From an uncultured bacterium (lineage in GTDB: Bacteria; Hydrothermota; UBA3072): DNA of 64,000 nt. The position numbers and the translations under genes are program-made. The stretch's first letter is position 1; the number at the start of each line of letters is the position of its first letter. The notes beneath the pieces were generated by a model. It worked only from the letters and a program-made list of their open reading frames with translations, made no database searches and was not told the DNA's origin. This document shows positions 28,251-36,763 of the stretch, in pieces. The stretch lies in NCBI GenBank assembly GCA_964418485.1, contig CAYQMH010000004.1, positions 2,173 to 66,172 of the forward strand. Direction: 5' to 3'.

Positions 28251-28940
28251 TTACTGAATGGTTCCGAATCTTCTTTCTCTCTTTTGGTAAGATCGTATGG
28301 CTTTTATAAAATGACTTTTGTTAAAATCCGGCCAGAGTTCATCGGTAAAAAATAACTCTGTGTAAGCAATTTGATAAAGTAAAAAGTTTGAGATGCGTAA
28401 CTCTCCGCTTGTCCTTATAAATAGATCGGGGTCAGGGACGTCAGGTAAAAATAAATAGTTTCTAAAAGTTTCTTCTGTTATCTTCTTCCCTTTTTCTACA
28501 GCTTTGTTGGCTGCTGCTATTATTTCTGCTCGTCCGCTGTAGTTAAATGCCAGTATGAGATTTAATTGATCTAAGTTTTTTGTTTGCTCTTGAATCCATA
28601 ATGCCGATTTTTTAACGTCAGATGGCAACTCGTCGATTTTCCCCAAAAATCTTACTCTAATGTTATTCTTCTTTAATTCGCTTATTTCTTCTCTTATTAC
28701 TTTAGAAAAAAGGGACATTAATCCTTCAACTTCTTCTTTTGGTCTGTCCCAGTTTTCCCGTGAGAAAGCATATAAGGTCAGATACTTAATTTTGAATTCC
28801 TGGCAATATTCGGTAGCTCTTCTTACGGAATTGACTCCAGCCAGATGACCTTGTAAGCGTGGTAGATTTCTTTGTTTTGCCCATCTACCGTTCCCATCCA
28901 TTATTATTGCAATATGGGTAGGAATATTTTCATTAGCCAT
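28251..28940 (-). CDS. uppS: Undecaprenyl-diphosphate (isoprenyl transferase) synthase
   Basis: 'HIAIIMDGNGRWA', 'RTSGE.RISNFLLYQ'. Confidence 0.9.
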   Translation of the reverse strand: MANENIPTHIAIIMDGNGRWAKQRNLPRLQGHLAGVNSVRRATEYCQEFKIKYLTLYAFSRENWDRPKEEVEGLMSLFSKVIREEISELKKNNIRVRFLGKIDELPSDVKKSALWIQEQTKNLDQLNLILAFNYSGRAEIIAAANKAVEKGKKITEETFRNYLFLPDVPDPDLFIRTSGELRISNFLLYQIAYTELFFTDELWPDFNKSHFIKAIRSYQKRERRFGTIQ

Positions 28941-29490
28941 TAAGGATTTCTTTTTCCTTCTTTATAAGAATGTCTTTAATTTTGTTGGTAAAGTGGTCTG
29001 TTATTTTTTGAACTTCATCTTTAAATCTCAATTCGTCGTCTTTCGATACTTTTCCTTCTTTTGCGATATCCTGTATATCTTTTATTGCGTCTCTCCTTAT
29101 ATTTCGGAGAGATACTTTTCCTTCTTCTGCAAGACGGTGGACCAGTCTTTTTAATTCTTCTCTTCTTTCATCGGTGAGTGGAGGAATAGGGACACGCAGA
29201 ACCGAACCGTCGTTGGATGGATTTAGGCCTAAATCTGAAGATATTATAGCTTTTTCAATGTTATCCATAGCTTTTTCGTCAAACGGATGAAGTACGATAA
29301 GATGTGGTTCCGGAATTGTAATTGAAGCTAGTTGATTGAGAGGCGTCTTTGTGCCATAATAATCTACTTTTAGACCTTCTATAAGAGCCGGAGAAGCTCT
29401 TCCTGTTTTGATATTTGCGAATTCATCAGAAACTATTGAGAATGTTTTTTCCATCTTTTCGACCAATTGTTTCTTGAGAGCCTTATCCAT
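28933..29490 (-). CDS. frr: Ribosome recycling factor
   Basis: RRF family; start chosen at MDKALKK (ORF opens at 29517). Confidence 0.85.
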   Translation of the reverse strand: MDKALKKQLVEKMEKTFSIVSDEFANIKTGRASPALIEGLKVDYYGTKTPLNQLASITIPEPHLIVLHPFDEKAMDNIEKAIISSDLGLNPSNDGSVLRVPIPPLTDERREELKRLVHRLAEEGKVSLRNIRRDAIKDIQDIAKEGKVSKDDELRFKDEVQKITDHFTNKIKDILIKKEKEILNG

Positions 29491-30220
29491 TGTTTCCTCC
29501 TTTAATGATAGACCCAATGTTTTTTCCCTCTATTGCCTTTTTTAAATTATTTTTAACTTCACCATTAAATACGATTATAGGTAAGTTGTGATCCATTGCC
29601 AGAGAGAATGCAGTCAAATCCATTATTTTTAAACCCTGGTTTAGGGCCTTTTTGTAAGTAATTTTTTTGTAAAATTTTGCATCAGGGAATTCATTTGGGT
29701 CTTTTTCGTAAATTCCTTTAACGTTTGTAGATTTTAGTAAAACGTCGGCATTGATCTGTAAAGCACGAAGGACTGCAGCTGTATCTGTGGTGAAGAAGGG
29801 ATTGCTTGTTCCTCCGACGAAAATTACAACACGTTTTTGAGTAAGCAGTTCTAATGCCTTAGGTCTGCTGAAATTCTCTCCTATCGAAGGTGAAATTGGG
29901 ATTGCGGATAGAACAGAGTTAGAGATTTTTAGTTTTTTAAGTGCTAAAGAAAGAGCTCCTCCATTTATTATCGTTGCTGTCATTCCTAATTCATCAAGTT
30001 CGGCAGATGATATTTTGTGTTTTTTGGATTCTTCCAATCCTCTTAAGATATTTCCGCCGCCCACGACTACACCCATTTCGACTCCCATTTCGTGAAGGTA
30101 TTTTATATCTGAAGCAATAAGATTTAATTTCTTAAAGGAAATAACTTCTTCTTTTTCTTTAAGAAATTCACCACTTAATTTTATTAATATTCTTTTATAT
30201 CTAGGTTTACTCTTCTCCAA
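29483..30220 (-). CDS. pyrH: UMP kinase
   Basis: 'RILIKLSGE' aa-kinase N-terminus, 'VVGGGN' glycine loop. Confidence 0.9.
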   Translation of the reverse strand: MEKSKPRYKRILIKLSGEFLKEKEEVISFKKLNLIASDIKYLHEMGVEMGVVVGGGNILRGLEESKKHKISSAELDELGMTATIINGGALSLALKKLKISNSVLSAIPISPSIGENFSRPKALELLTQKRVVIFVGGTSNPFFTTDTAAVLRALQINADVLLKSTNVKGIYEKDPNEFPDAKFYKKITYKKALNQGLKIMDLTAFSLAMDHNLPIIVFNGEVKNNLKKAIEGKNIGSIIKGGNNG

Positions 30221-30809
30221 CCTGAAACCTTTGGAATCTTCTTACTACTATATTTTCCCCGATAACGGAAATTTTTTCCTTTATTAGATCACCTATGGTT
30301 ATTGACGGATCATTGAAGTATTTTTGTTCCAATAGGACTACTTCGTGATAAAACTTTTCAAGTTTGTTTGCAATAATATTCTCCTGTATTTTTTCAGGCT
30401 TGTTCATTCTTTTTACCTGTTCTTCATAAATAGCTCTTTCTTCTTTTAGTATTTCTTTAGGTACTGATTCTCTATCTACCGAGATAGGATTAAAAGCGAC
30501 TACCTGCATTGCAATTTCTTTCGCAAGATTTTCAAATTCCTCCGTTCTGGCAGCGAAATCAGTCTGGCAATTTAATTCCACTACTCCAACTTTCTGATTT
30601 CCGGGGTGAACGTAGGCGTAAATAATGCCTTCTTTTGCAGACTTTCCGATTTTTTTGGATGCTTCCGCAATTCCTTTTTTTCTTAAGATTTGAATTGCTT
30701 CTTTAATATCGCCTTTTGATTCTTTTAATGCGTTTTTACAGTCCAATACACCTGCGTTTGTCTTTGCTCTTAATTCCTTGATGAGTTTAATGTCAACTTC
30801 AGAAGTCAC
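30207..30809 (-). CDS. tsf: Elongation factor Ts (short form)
   Basis: 'LIKELRAKTNAGVLDCKNAL' UBA-like N-terminus; EF-Ts dimerisation domain. Confidence 0.85.
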   Translation of the reverse strand: MTSEVDIKLIKELRAKTNAGVLDCKNALKESKGDIKEAIQILRKKGIAEASKKIGKSAKEGIIYAYVHPGNQKVGVVELNCQTDFAARTEEFENLAKEIAMQVVAFNPISVDRESVPKEILKEERAIYEEQVKRMNKPEKIQENIIANKLEKFYHEVVLLEQKYFNDPSITIGDLIKEKISVIGENIVVRRFQRFQVGEE

Positions 30810-30854
30810 AAGAACCTCCTCTTATATTTATAGATTTTCTTGACAAGGGATTTT

Positions 30855-31580
30855 TTATTTTTCTTTTACTTCTTCTTCTTTGATTTGTTGTTTTTCCTCG
30901 AATCGTTTTTTACCCTCAACAATAGCTGTTTCGATTATATTTGTAATAAGTTTAATTGATTCGATAGCATCATCGTTTGCCGGGATCGGAAAATCTACCA
31001 TTTCAGGGTCAGAGTTGGTGTCTATTATTGCTACAACCGGTATTTCTAATAGATTAGCCTCTTTTACTGCAATTTCTTCCTGTCTTACGTCGATTACATA
31101 CAATAAATTCGGTAGTTTTTCCATATTTTGGATTCCATCGAAATGTTTTCTCATCTTATCTCTTTGTCTTAAAAGCTGGCTTTGAGTTTTTGTCGGTAAT
31201 TCCTTGAAATTTTCTTGTTCTATCTGTTCGCAAAGTGCATTATATTTGTTTATACTATTCCTTATTACGCTGAAGTTTGTGAGTGTTCCACCCAACCAGC
31301 GTTCCTTAACATAGGAGATATTAATTCTTTTTGCGGTTTCTTCTATTATATTCTGTGCTTGTTTTTTTGTGCCCACAAATAAGAAATCTCCACCCTCTGC
31401 CGCAGTTTTCACTACAATATTGTAAGCATCTTTCATTAATTCCACTGATTTTCGAAGATCGATTATATGTAAACCATTTTTTTCTGTGTAGATAAAAGGT
31501 TTCATTTTTGGATTCCAATTTCTTCTTCTATGTCCAAAATGTGCCCTTGCGTCTAACAAATCTTTAAATTGTAATGCCAC
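30855..31580 (-). CDS. rpsB: 30S ribosomal protein S2
   Basis: 'LLDARAHFGHRRRNWNPKM', 'FVGTKKQA'. Confidence 0.9.
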   Translation of the reverse strand: MALQFKDLLDARAHFGHRRRNWNPKMKPFIYTEKNGLHIIDLRKSVELMKDAYNIVVKTAAEGGDFLFVGTKKQAQNIIEETAKRINISYVKERWLGGTLTNFSVIRNSINKYNALCEQIEQENFKELPTKTQSQLLRQRDKMRKHFDGIQNMEKLPNLLYVIDVRQEEIAVKEANLLEIPVVAIIDTNSDPEMVDFPIPANDDAIESIKLITNIIETAIVEGKKRFEEKQQIKEEEVKEK

Positions 31581-31589
31581 TCTATCCTC

Positions 31590-31979
31590 CTATCTCTTCG
31601 AATGCTGGAAAGCTCTTCTTGCTTTTTGAAGTCCATATTTTTTTCTTTCTTTAACTCGTGCGTCTCTTGTCAAGAAGCCGGCATCTCTTAATGGCTTTTT
31701 GTATTCTTCATTTAACTGCACAAGACCTTTGGCGACTGAATGTCTCATAGCATCTGCCTGTCCTGCAAGGCCTCCCCCTTTGGCTACAATATTTATATCA
31801 AAATCGTTTTGGACTCCGACTCTCTCAAGTGGTTTTCGTACTTCGTAAACAAGACGGTTTGATTTAAGATATTCTTTTACTGTTTTTTTATTAACAGTAA
31901 TTTTACCACTTCCCGGGAAAAAACGAGAAGTAGCTACCGCATTTTTTCTTCTTCCAGTTGCAATAGTAAGTTCTTCCAT
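31590..31979 (-). CDS. rpsI: 30S ribosomal protein S9
   Basis: 'GGGLAGQADAMRHSVAKGL', C-terminal 'KARRAFQHSKR'. Confidence 0.9.
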   Translation of the reverse strand: MEELTIATGRRKNAVATSRFFPGSGKITVNKKTVKEYLKSNRLVYEVRKPLERVGVQNDFDINIVAKGGGLAGQADAMRHSVAKGLVQLNEEYKKPLRDAGFLTRDARVKERKKYGLQKARRAFQHSKR

Positions 31980-31981
31980 TT

Positions 31982-32416
31982 TTATACTCCTATCTCTAAT
32001 TTCTTTGGTTTCTGAGCTTCATGCGGATGTTTTTCATCGCAATAAACTTTTAATTTTTTTATCATTTGTCTTCCAAGTCTGTTTTTAGGTAACATGCCAG
32101 ATACTGCGTTAATTACTATTCCTTCGGGGTCTTTCTCTTTTTTAGTTTTGAAAGGAATTTCTTTTAGTCCACCAAGGTAACCGCTGTGTTTCCTGTACAA
32201 TTTTTGCGCTTCTTTTTTTCCGGTAAGTTTTACTTTGTCGGCATTTATGATGATAACAAAGTCACCATTGTCGAGATGAGGTGTAAAATCAGGTTTATGT
32301 TTACCCCTTAATATGCTGGCAGCTTTGGAAGCTACTCTCCCTAGGATTTTATCCTCGGCATCTAAAAGCCACCATTCCCGATTGATGTTTTCCCTCTTCA
32401 ATGAAAAAGTCTTCAT
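31982..32416 (-). CDS. rplM: 50S ribosomal protein L13
   Basis: '[25 protein letters not shown]'. Confidence 0.9.
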   Translation of the reverse strand: MKTFSLKRENINREWWLLDAEDKILGRVASKAASILRGKHKPDFTPHLDNGDFVIIINADKVKLTGKKEAQKLYRKHSGYLGGLKEIPFKTKKEKDPEGIVINAVSGMLPKNRLGRQMIKKLKVYCDEKHPHEAQKPKKLEIGV

Positions 32417-32677
32417 TTTTTCTCCTTTCCAAATTTTATGCTTTTTAACTTATTTTATTTGTATTCTTGGCTTAAATATATAAGGAAAAGGAATTTTGTC
32501 AAGAACTATTTTATTATTGCAAAGAAGTCATATAAAACAGAGAGAATTTAGAAGGCGGAAGTTAGAAGTTAGTATCCCATCTTCACCCAAAAGAACTGAT
32601 TTAATCATGAAGAGCTGATGGTAAGCAATTGATTTTTGCCACTTGAAATTTTATTTTTTTGCATTATAATAACTGGC

Positions 32678-32941
32678 ATGAAAAGAAGAAATTACATGGA
32701 GAGGATGGTTGAGGAAATTTTGAGTGAAATCTTTAAAACTTATCCTGATTATGAGGATTGTGAACCTTATAGAGAAGAAATAATTGCGCTGGCGCTCACT
32801 AAATGTGAACCTTTTTATACAACTAGTGATGTGGGGCACGCTGTGGTAAAAACGAGAATGGACAGTTTGGGATTTCGTTCAAAAGTCACTTCTATAGTTA
32901 TGGAAGCGATAGGACAAGTCAAAAAAAATCCCAGAGAGTAA
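32678..32941 (+). CDS. ComFB-like (late competence development protein) domain protein
   Basis: ~88 aa; 'MVEEILSEIFKTYPDYEDCEPYREEIIALALTKCEPFY' resembles the ComFB Cys pattern. Confidence 0.4.
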   Translation: MKRRNYMERMVEEILSEIFKTYPDYEDCEPYREEIIALALTKCEPFYTTSDVGHAVVKTRMDSLGFRSKVTSIVMEAIGQVKKNPRE

Positions 32942-33046
32942 ATATTACCTTAGGATTTAGCTTTAGTTTTGGTTTTTTTGACTTTTAGTCTAAATATTCG
33001 TCTTTGCTTTTTTTAACCTATTGTATATTTTTAAGGAGATTCTGGC

Positions 33047-33844
33047 ATGAAAGTTGGTTTTTTTCAATATTCGCCTATTTTTGGTAATCCTGAAAAAAAT
33101 TTAGATTTAATCAGAAAAAGTATCAGAGAAGCGGATTCTCTTGATATACTTGTTCTTCCTGAACTCGCTCTTACCGGATATACTTTTGAAGATTCTGAGG
33201 AGGCTTATTCTTTAAGTGAGGAGATTGGGGGGGGTAAATTAAGCGAGGAATTGGTTCGTATTGCCGAAGAAAATAACGTTACAATGGCAGTTGGTTTTCT
33301 GGAAAGAGAAGGTAAGCATCTTTATAACTCAAGTATTCTTGTTGACGGTAAAGGCGTTGTAGGAGTTTACCGAAAAGTACATCTTTTTCGTGAGGAAAAA
33401 GCTATTTTTAAATCAGGCAATATGGGTTTTCCGGTTTTTGAAGTTGATGGTGTTAAAGTTGGAATGCTGGTTTGTTTTGACTGGATATTCCCAGAGGCTA
33501 TGAGAACACTTGCCTTAAAAGGAGCGGATATTATTCTTCATTCAGCGAATTTAGTCTTACCTTTCTATCAGAAAGCGGCTGTTACCAGAGCGATAGAAAA
33601 CAAAGTTTTTATAGTTCTTGCGAATAGGAACGGAATAGAGGATAGATTTGGCGTATGCAATGAGTTTACGGGTGAAAGCGAAATTGTCGATCCCGAAGGA
33701 AAAGTACTATTGAAGACAGGAAAGCCCGATGTGGGGATTTTTTCAATCGATATAAATCCCGAAGAGGCCAGAGATAAAAAAGTTACGGAATTAAACGATA
33801 TATTCGAGGATCGTAAGCCGGAGTTTTATAAGAACTGGGGATGA
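33047..33844 (+). CDS. Carbon-nitrogen hydrolase family protein (nitrilase/amidase superfamily)
   Basis: E-K-C triad context: 'LVLPELALTGY', 'YRKVHLF', 'GMLVCFDWIFPE'. Confidence 0.75.
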   Translation: MKVGFFQYSPIFGNPEKNLDLIRKSIREADSLDILVLPELALTGYTFEDSEEAYSLSEEIGGGKLSEELVRIAEENNVTMAVGFLEREGKHLYNSSILVDGKGVVGVYRKVHLFREEKAIFKSGNMGFPVFEVDGVKVGMLVCFDWIFPEAMRTLALKGADIILHSANLVLPFYQKAAVTRAIENKVFIVLANRNGIEDRFGVCNEFTGESEIVDPEGKVLLKTGKPDVGIFSIDINPEEARDKKVTELNDIFEDRKPEFYKNWG

Positions 33845-33852
33845 ATAATTCT

Positions 33853-33990
33853 GCCACAGAGACACAGAGGACACAGAGGAACAACAAAGAACTATAGTTT
33901 GTTAAAACCCATCCCCCCAAAAAATTGGAAACAACAAATCACACAAATAGCACAAATCTTTTTTACTATTTAACTATTTTTTTAATTTAT
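33853..33990. repeat. Composite intergenic repeat (CACAGAG array - CCCATCCCCCC core - CACAAAT array - TTAACTATTT)
   Basis: gccacagagacacagaggacacagagg..gttaaaacccatccccccaaaaaattgg..atcacacaaatagcacaaatc. Confidence 0.85.
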
Positions 33991-34013
33991 CTATTAAACT
34001 TATACTATTATGC

Positions 34014-34043
34014 TTGAAAATTTTATTAATAGTGTTAGATTTA
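34014..34043 (+). promoter_or_regulatory. FCB/Bacteroidetes-type promoter for rnpB (TTG-N19-TAgaTTTa)
   Basis: TTGaaaattttattaatagtgtTAGATTTAtatatAGCGG; places the TSS at the predicted RNase P 5' end. Confidence 0.45.
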
Positions 34044-34047
34044 TATA

Positions 34048-34363
34048 TAGCGGAAGGGCGGGTAGTCGCGCTCTCTTTATGAGGGTGAGGAAAGTCCGGA
34101 CATTGCGGGTAAGAGAGGCTCCCTTAGGGAGGCACCGTAAGGTGACGGAAAGTGCCACAGAAAATATACCGCCTTGCTTTTGCAGGGTAAGGGTGAAAAG
34201 GCGAGGTAAGAGCTCACCGGACTTCTGGCGACAGGAGTCGCATGGTAAACCCCCTTTAATGCAAGACAAACAGGGTAGGTCCACTTGCCCGGACCGATAA
34301 TCCCGGGTAGTTGCAAAGATCAATGACTATCTATAACAGAATCCGGCTTATAGCCCTTCCGTT
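34048..34363 (+). ncRNA. rnpB: RNase P RNA, bacterial type A (compact)
   Basis: P4 'GAGGAAAGTCCGGAC'; 'ACAGAAAATATACCGCC'; 'GGGTAAGGGTGAAAAGGCGAGGTAAGAGCTCACC'; 3' 'ACAGAATCCGGCTTATAG'; P1 GGAAGGGC/GCCCTTCC closes the molecule. Confidence 0.9.
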
Positions 34364-34375
34364 TACTTAAAAAAT

Positions 34376-34510
34376 TGAACCACAGAGGACACAGAGAGAA
34401 ATAAACACACTGAGAACACAGAGGAAAAGGTGTTGTTTTAAAACCTCCCACCACCCCAAATTATTATTACACAAAGCCGCAAAGAACACAAAGCCCAACA
34501 CCACCCTTCT
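34376..34510. repeat. Composite intergenic repeat (CACAGAG array - CCCACCACCCC - AAATTATT - CACAAAG array)
   Basis: accacagaggacacagagag..gttttaaaacctcccaccaccccaaattattattacacaaagccgcaaagaacacaaagccc. Confidence 0.85.
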
Positions 34511-34621
34511 TTTTTTGTTTTTTTTCTGAAACCGGTTATGTTGACAAAGGTGATATTTGCTACAGGTTCAACATGTGAATATTCTGGTTGTTGGGTTGGG
34601 ATTTAAACAAAACTAATTTTT

Positions 34622-34720
34622 TTCTTTGTGTCTCCGTGTCTTTGTGTGAGATCCATTTGAGGTGGGGTGGAGAAAAACATCATGATTTTGTTTTTTCTTT
34701 TTCTCTGTGCGCTCTGTGGT
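34622..34720. repeat. Composite intergenic repeat, reverse orientation (CTTTGTG array - GGTGGGGTGG - CTCTGTG array)
   Basis: ttctttgtgtctccgtgtctttgtgtgag..gaggtggggtggag..ctctgtgcgctctgtgg. Confidence 0.8.
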
Positions 34721-36763
34721 TTATTCTTTTTCCGTGCTTAATTCTTTCTCCAATATTATCCATTCCTCGGAGAGTTCGGCGATTTGTGTTATAGCATTTT
34801 TGTATTCCTGGTAGTACTCTACCGGGATTAATTCTTTTTTATTTATGTAATAATCCGTATAAGTAATTGTTTTTTCGTCTTTAAGAAGAGTGTTTTTGAA
34901 TTCGATATAAGGATTTGATAAGTTAATTTCTTTTGGAAGATATCGAACTGCGTAGCCTTCGGGAATTTTTATATTTATTTCATTTTCTTCTTTCTCTAAT
35001 TTTCCCCAGTAAACCGGGTATTTTCTCATCCTAGCTCCAACGGAATAAGCAGAATATTCTATGCCCGGTATATGAAAAAGTAAGAAGTTGCCCTGTTTTA
35101 AAGCCAGGCCTTTTGCTCTATATTTTATATCGATTTTGACAACTGGTGCGGCATCTTCTATATGTATAAGAGAAAGATCTGTTATGTTTGAACCCGGTAT
35201 ATTGGCGTTCAGGTAGCTTTCAATCATATTTTTCTTATCTTCTTCTCTCATATATCTGAGGCTTTTAAGACTGGTAGCCATACTTCCGAGAAATATCATC
35301 GTTTCTTCTATTTCTGCCTTGCCTTTTTCGTTAAGTTCTATAGTTCTAGAAATAGAAGTTTTTTCTTTGTCCGGTTCAAATAGAGGTATTTTAATAAATT
35401 CGTTTTTTGTTACGGATAAACCTGTGGTACCCTGATATTCGGGTCTTACGTATCCATACGGGTTGAGCTCTAATGAAGGATCGAGGAAATTACCCCTGAG
35501 TTTTATCAAAGCTCCGTCGAATTGATAAAGAGAAGGGACGTTTTTGGCTAATTCACCTCTTGTTTTTGAGCGAACTAAAACTAATTCAGCAGTATACCCC
35601 TGTGATATTAGGGCAGAGTACAAAAGAGATGTTTTATCAAGAGAATTTGCCAATTTGTTTTCTAAAATTTCTTTTATACTTTTAGGATAACAGTTATATT
35701 TATAAGATGGCACGTCTACAAACCTTATCAAGTCTATAATTTCTTGATATATTTCTTCCGGTTCACTGTTTTGTGGAGTATATTTTCCTTCAAGATGTTT
35801 TTCAAAATTTTGAGATATTTTTTCCCAATTATTTTGGATTCCCGCAGTTATTCTCGGAAAAATGTAAGATTTTGGTGGTGCATTATCTTCGTCTTCATAT
35901 GCTTCCAGCAAGTCTGTTTCCCAATGGAGAATTTTATTTTTCCCTGAAAATTTCAATTCTGGTTCTTCAATTTTCCAATTCTGCCAGGCTATATCGAAGT
36001 ATCTGGGTGTTTCCACTCTGATAATACTTTTTAACGTCGGACCTGAACTTCCCAAGGTAGTTTCTAAAATAAAAGGGAAATCTTCAGATATTTTTCCGGA
36101 AATTGTAACTCCAAAATCCAGGAATTTTCCGGGTTTTACCTCCCGGAGTGCTATTTTTCTTTCATGGGCATTCTCATATGGTGGTATCCTTGAATAAATC
36201 GAAGCGTCCTCAATTGCATTTTCTCTAAGGTAAAGCACTTCACCTTCCCCGGTTATCGTTCTGCCGAAATTTATCTCCAGTTTTTCTTCTTTTGTGCTAT
36301 AATTGAAATTTATGTTGCCTGCGTTTTTTCCTTTTTCAGAGCAAATAGCCCTGATACATCTTGTTGAATATGTGTAACTGGAATCTTTTTCGATTTTTAG
36401 ATGTTTTTTGCAATAAATATCTACATATTTTTTATCTCTGAATTCCGAAAGGTTGGTCTTTAAACTTTGCAATAATATCGGATCTGTTATGTCCTTTGTG
36501 GTTTGCCACAGATAACCTTCTCTTTTTTGTGCGAGGTCGATGCTTCGGACTTCTTTTTGAGGAAAAGTAAGTAGAGTATCCGATGTTACTATGTATATAG
36601 AGTCGGGAGTTATTTTTGTCACTCTGCATTTGTATTCTTCACCTTTTTCCGTGTATATTATATCTTCTTTCCATTTGTTTTCGGTCTTTAGGATTTGTTT
36701 ATTACAGGACAGAAAGAAGATATTCGAAAGGATAATTACTAATAAAAAGATCTTTTTCATCAT
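34721..36763 (-). CDS. Lipoprotein, DUF3857/transglutaminase-like paralog with degenerate active site
   Basis: Lipobox 'FFLSC'; 680 aa; region aligning to the partner's Cys motif reads 'NSLDKTSLLYSALISQGYTAELV' (Cys lost). Confidence 0.55.
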   Translation of the reverse strand: MMKKIFLLVIILSNIFFLSCNKQILKTENKWKEDIIYTEKGEEYKCRVTKITPDSIYIVTSDTLLTFPQKEVRSIDLAQKREGYLWQTTKDITDPILLQSLKTNLSEFRDKKYVDIYCKKHLKIEKDSSYTYSTRCIRAICSEKGKNAGNINFNYSTKEEKLEINFGRTITGEGEVLYLRENAIEDASIYSRIPPYENAHERKIALREVKPGKFLDFGVTISGKISEDFPFILETTLGSSGPTLKSIIRVETPRYFDIAWQNWKIEEPELKFSGKNKILHWETDLLEAYEDEDNAPPKSYIFPRITAGIQNNWEKISQNFEKHLEGKYTPQNSEPEEIYQEIIDLIRFVDVPSYKYNCYPKSIKEILENKLANSLDKTSLLYSALISQGYTAELVLVRSKTRGELAKNVPSLYQFDGALIKLRGNFLDPSLELNPYGYVRPEYQGTTGLSVTKNEFIKIPLFEPDKEKTSISRTIELNEKGKAEIEETMIFLGSMATSLKSLRYMREEDKKNMIESYLNANIPGSNITDLSLIHIEDAAPVVKIDIKYRAKGLALKQGNFLLFHIPGIEYSAYSVGARMRKYPVYWGKLEKEENEINIKIPEGYAVRYLPKEINLSNPYIEFKNTLLKDEKTITYTDYYINKKELIPVEYYQEYKNAITQIAELSEEWIILEKELSTEKE

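Noticed and set aside
28088-28309. ORF 28088-28309 (+) between cdsA and uppS
   Set aside because: It is antisense to the in-frame N-terminal extension of cdsA and overlaps the uppS 3' end, so it is not independent coding sequence.
34000-34323. ORFs 34000-34323(-), 34010-34300(+), 34077-34316(-) from the ORF track
   Set aside because: They lie entirely inside the RNase P RNA gene and are artefacts of GC-richer structured RNA.
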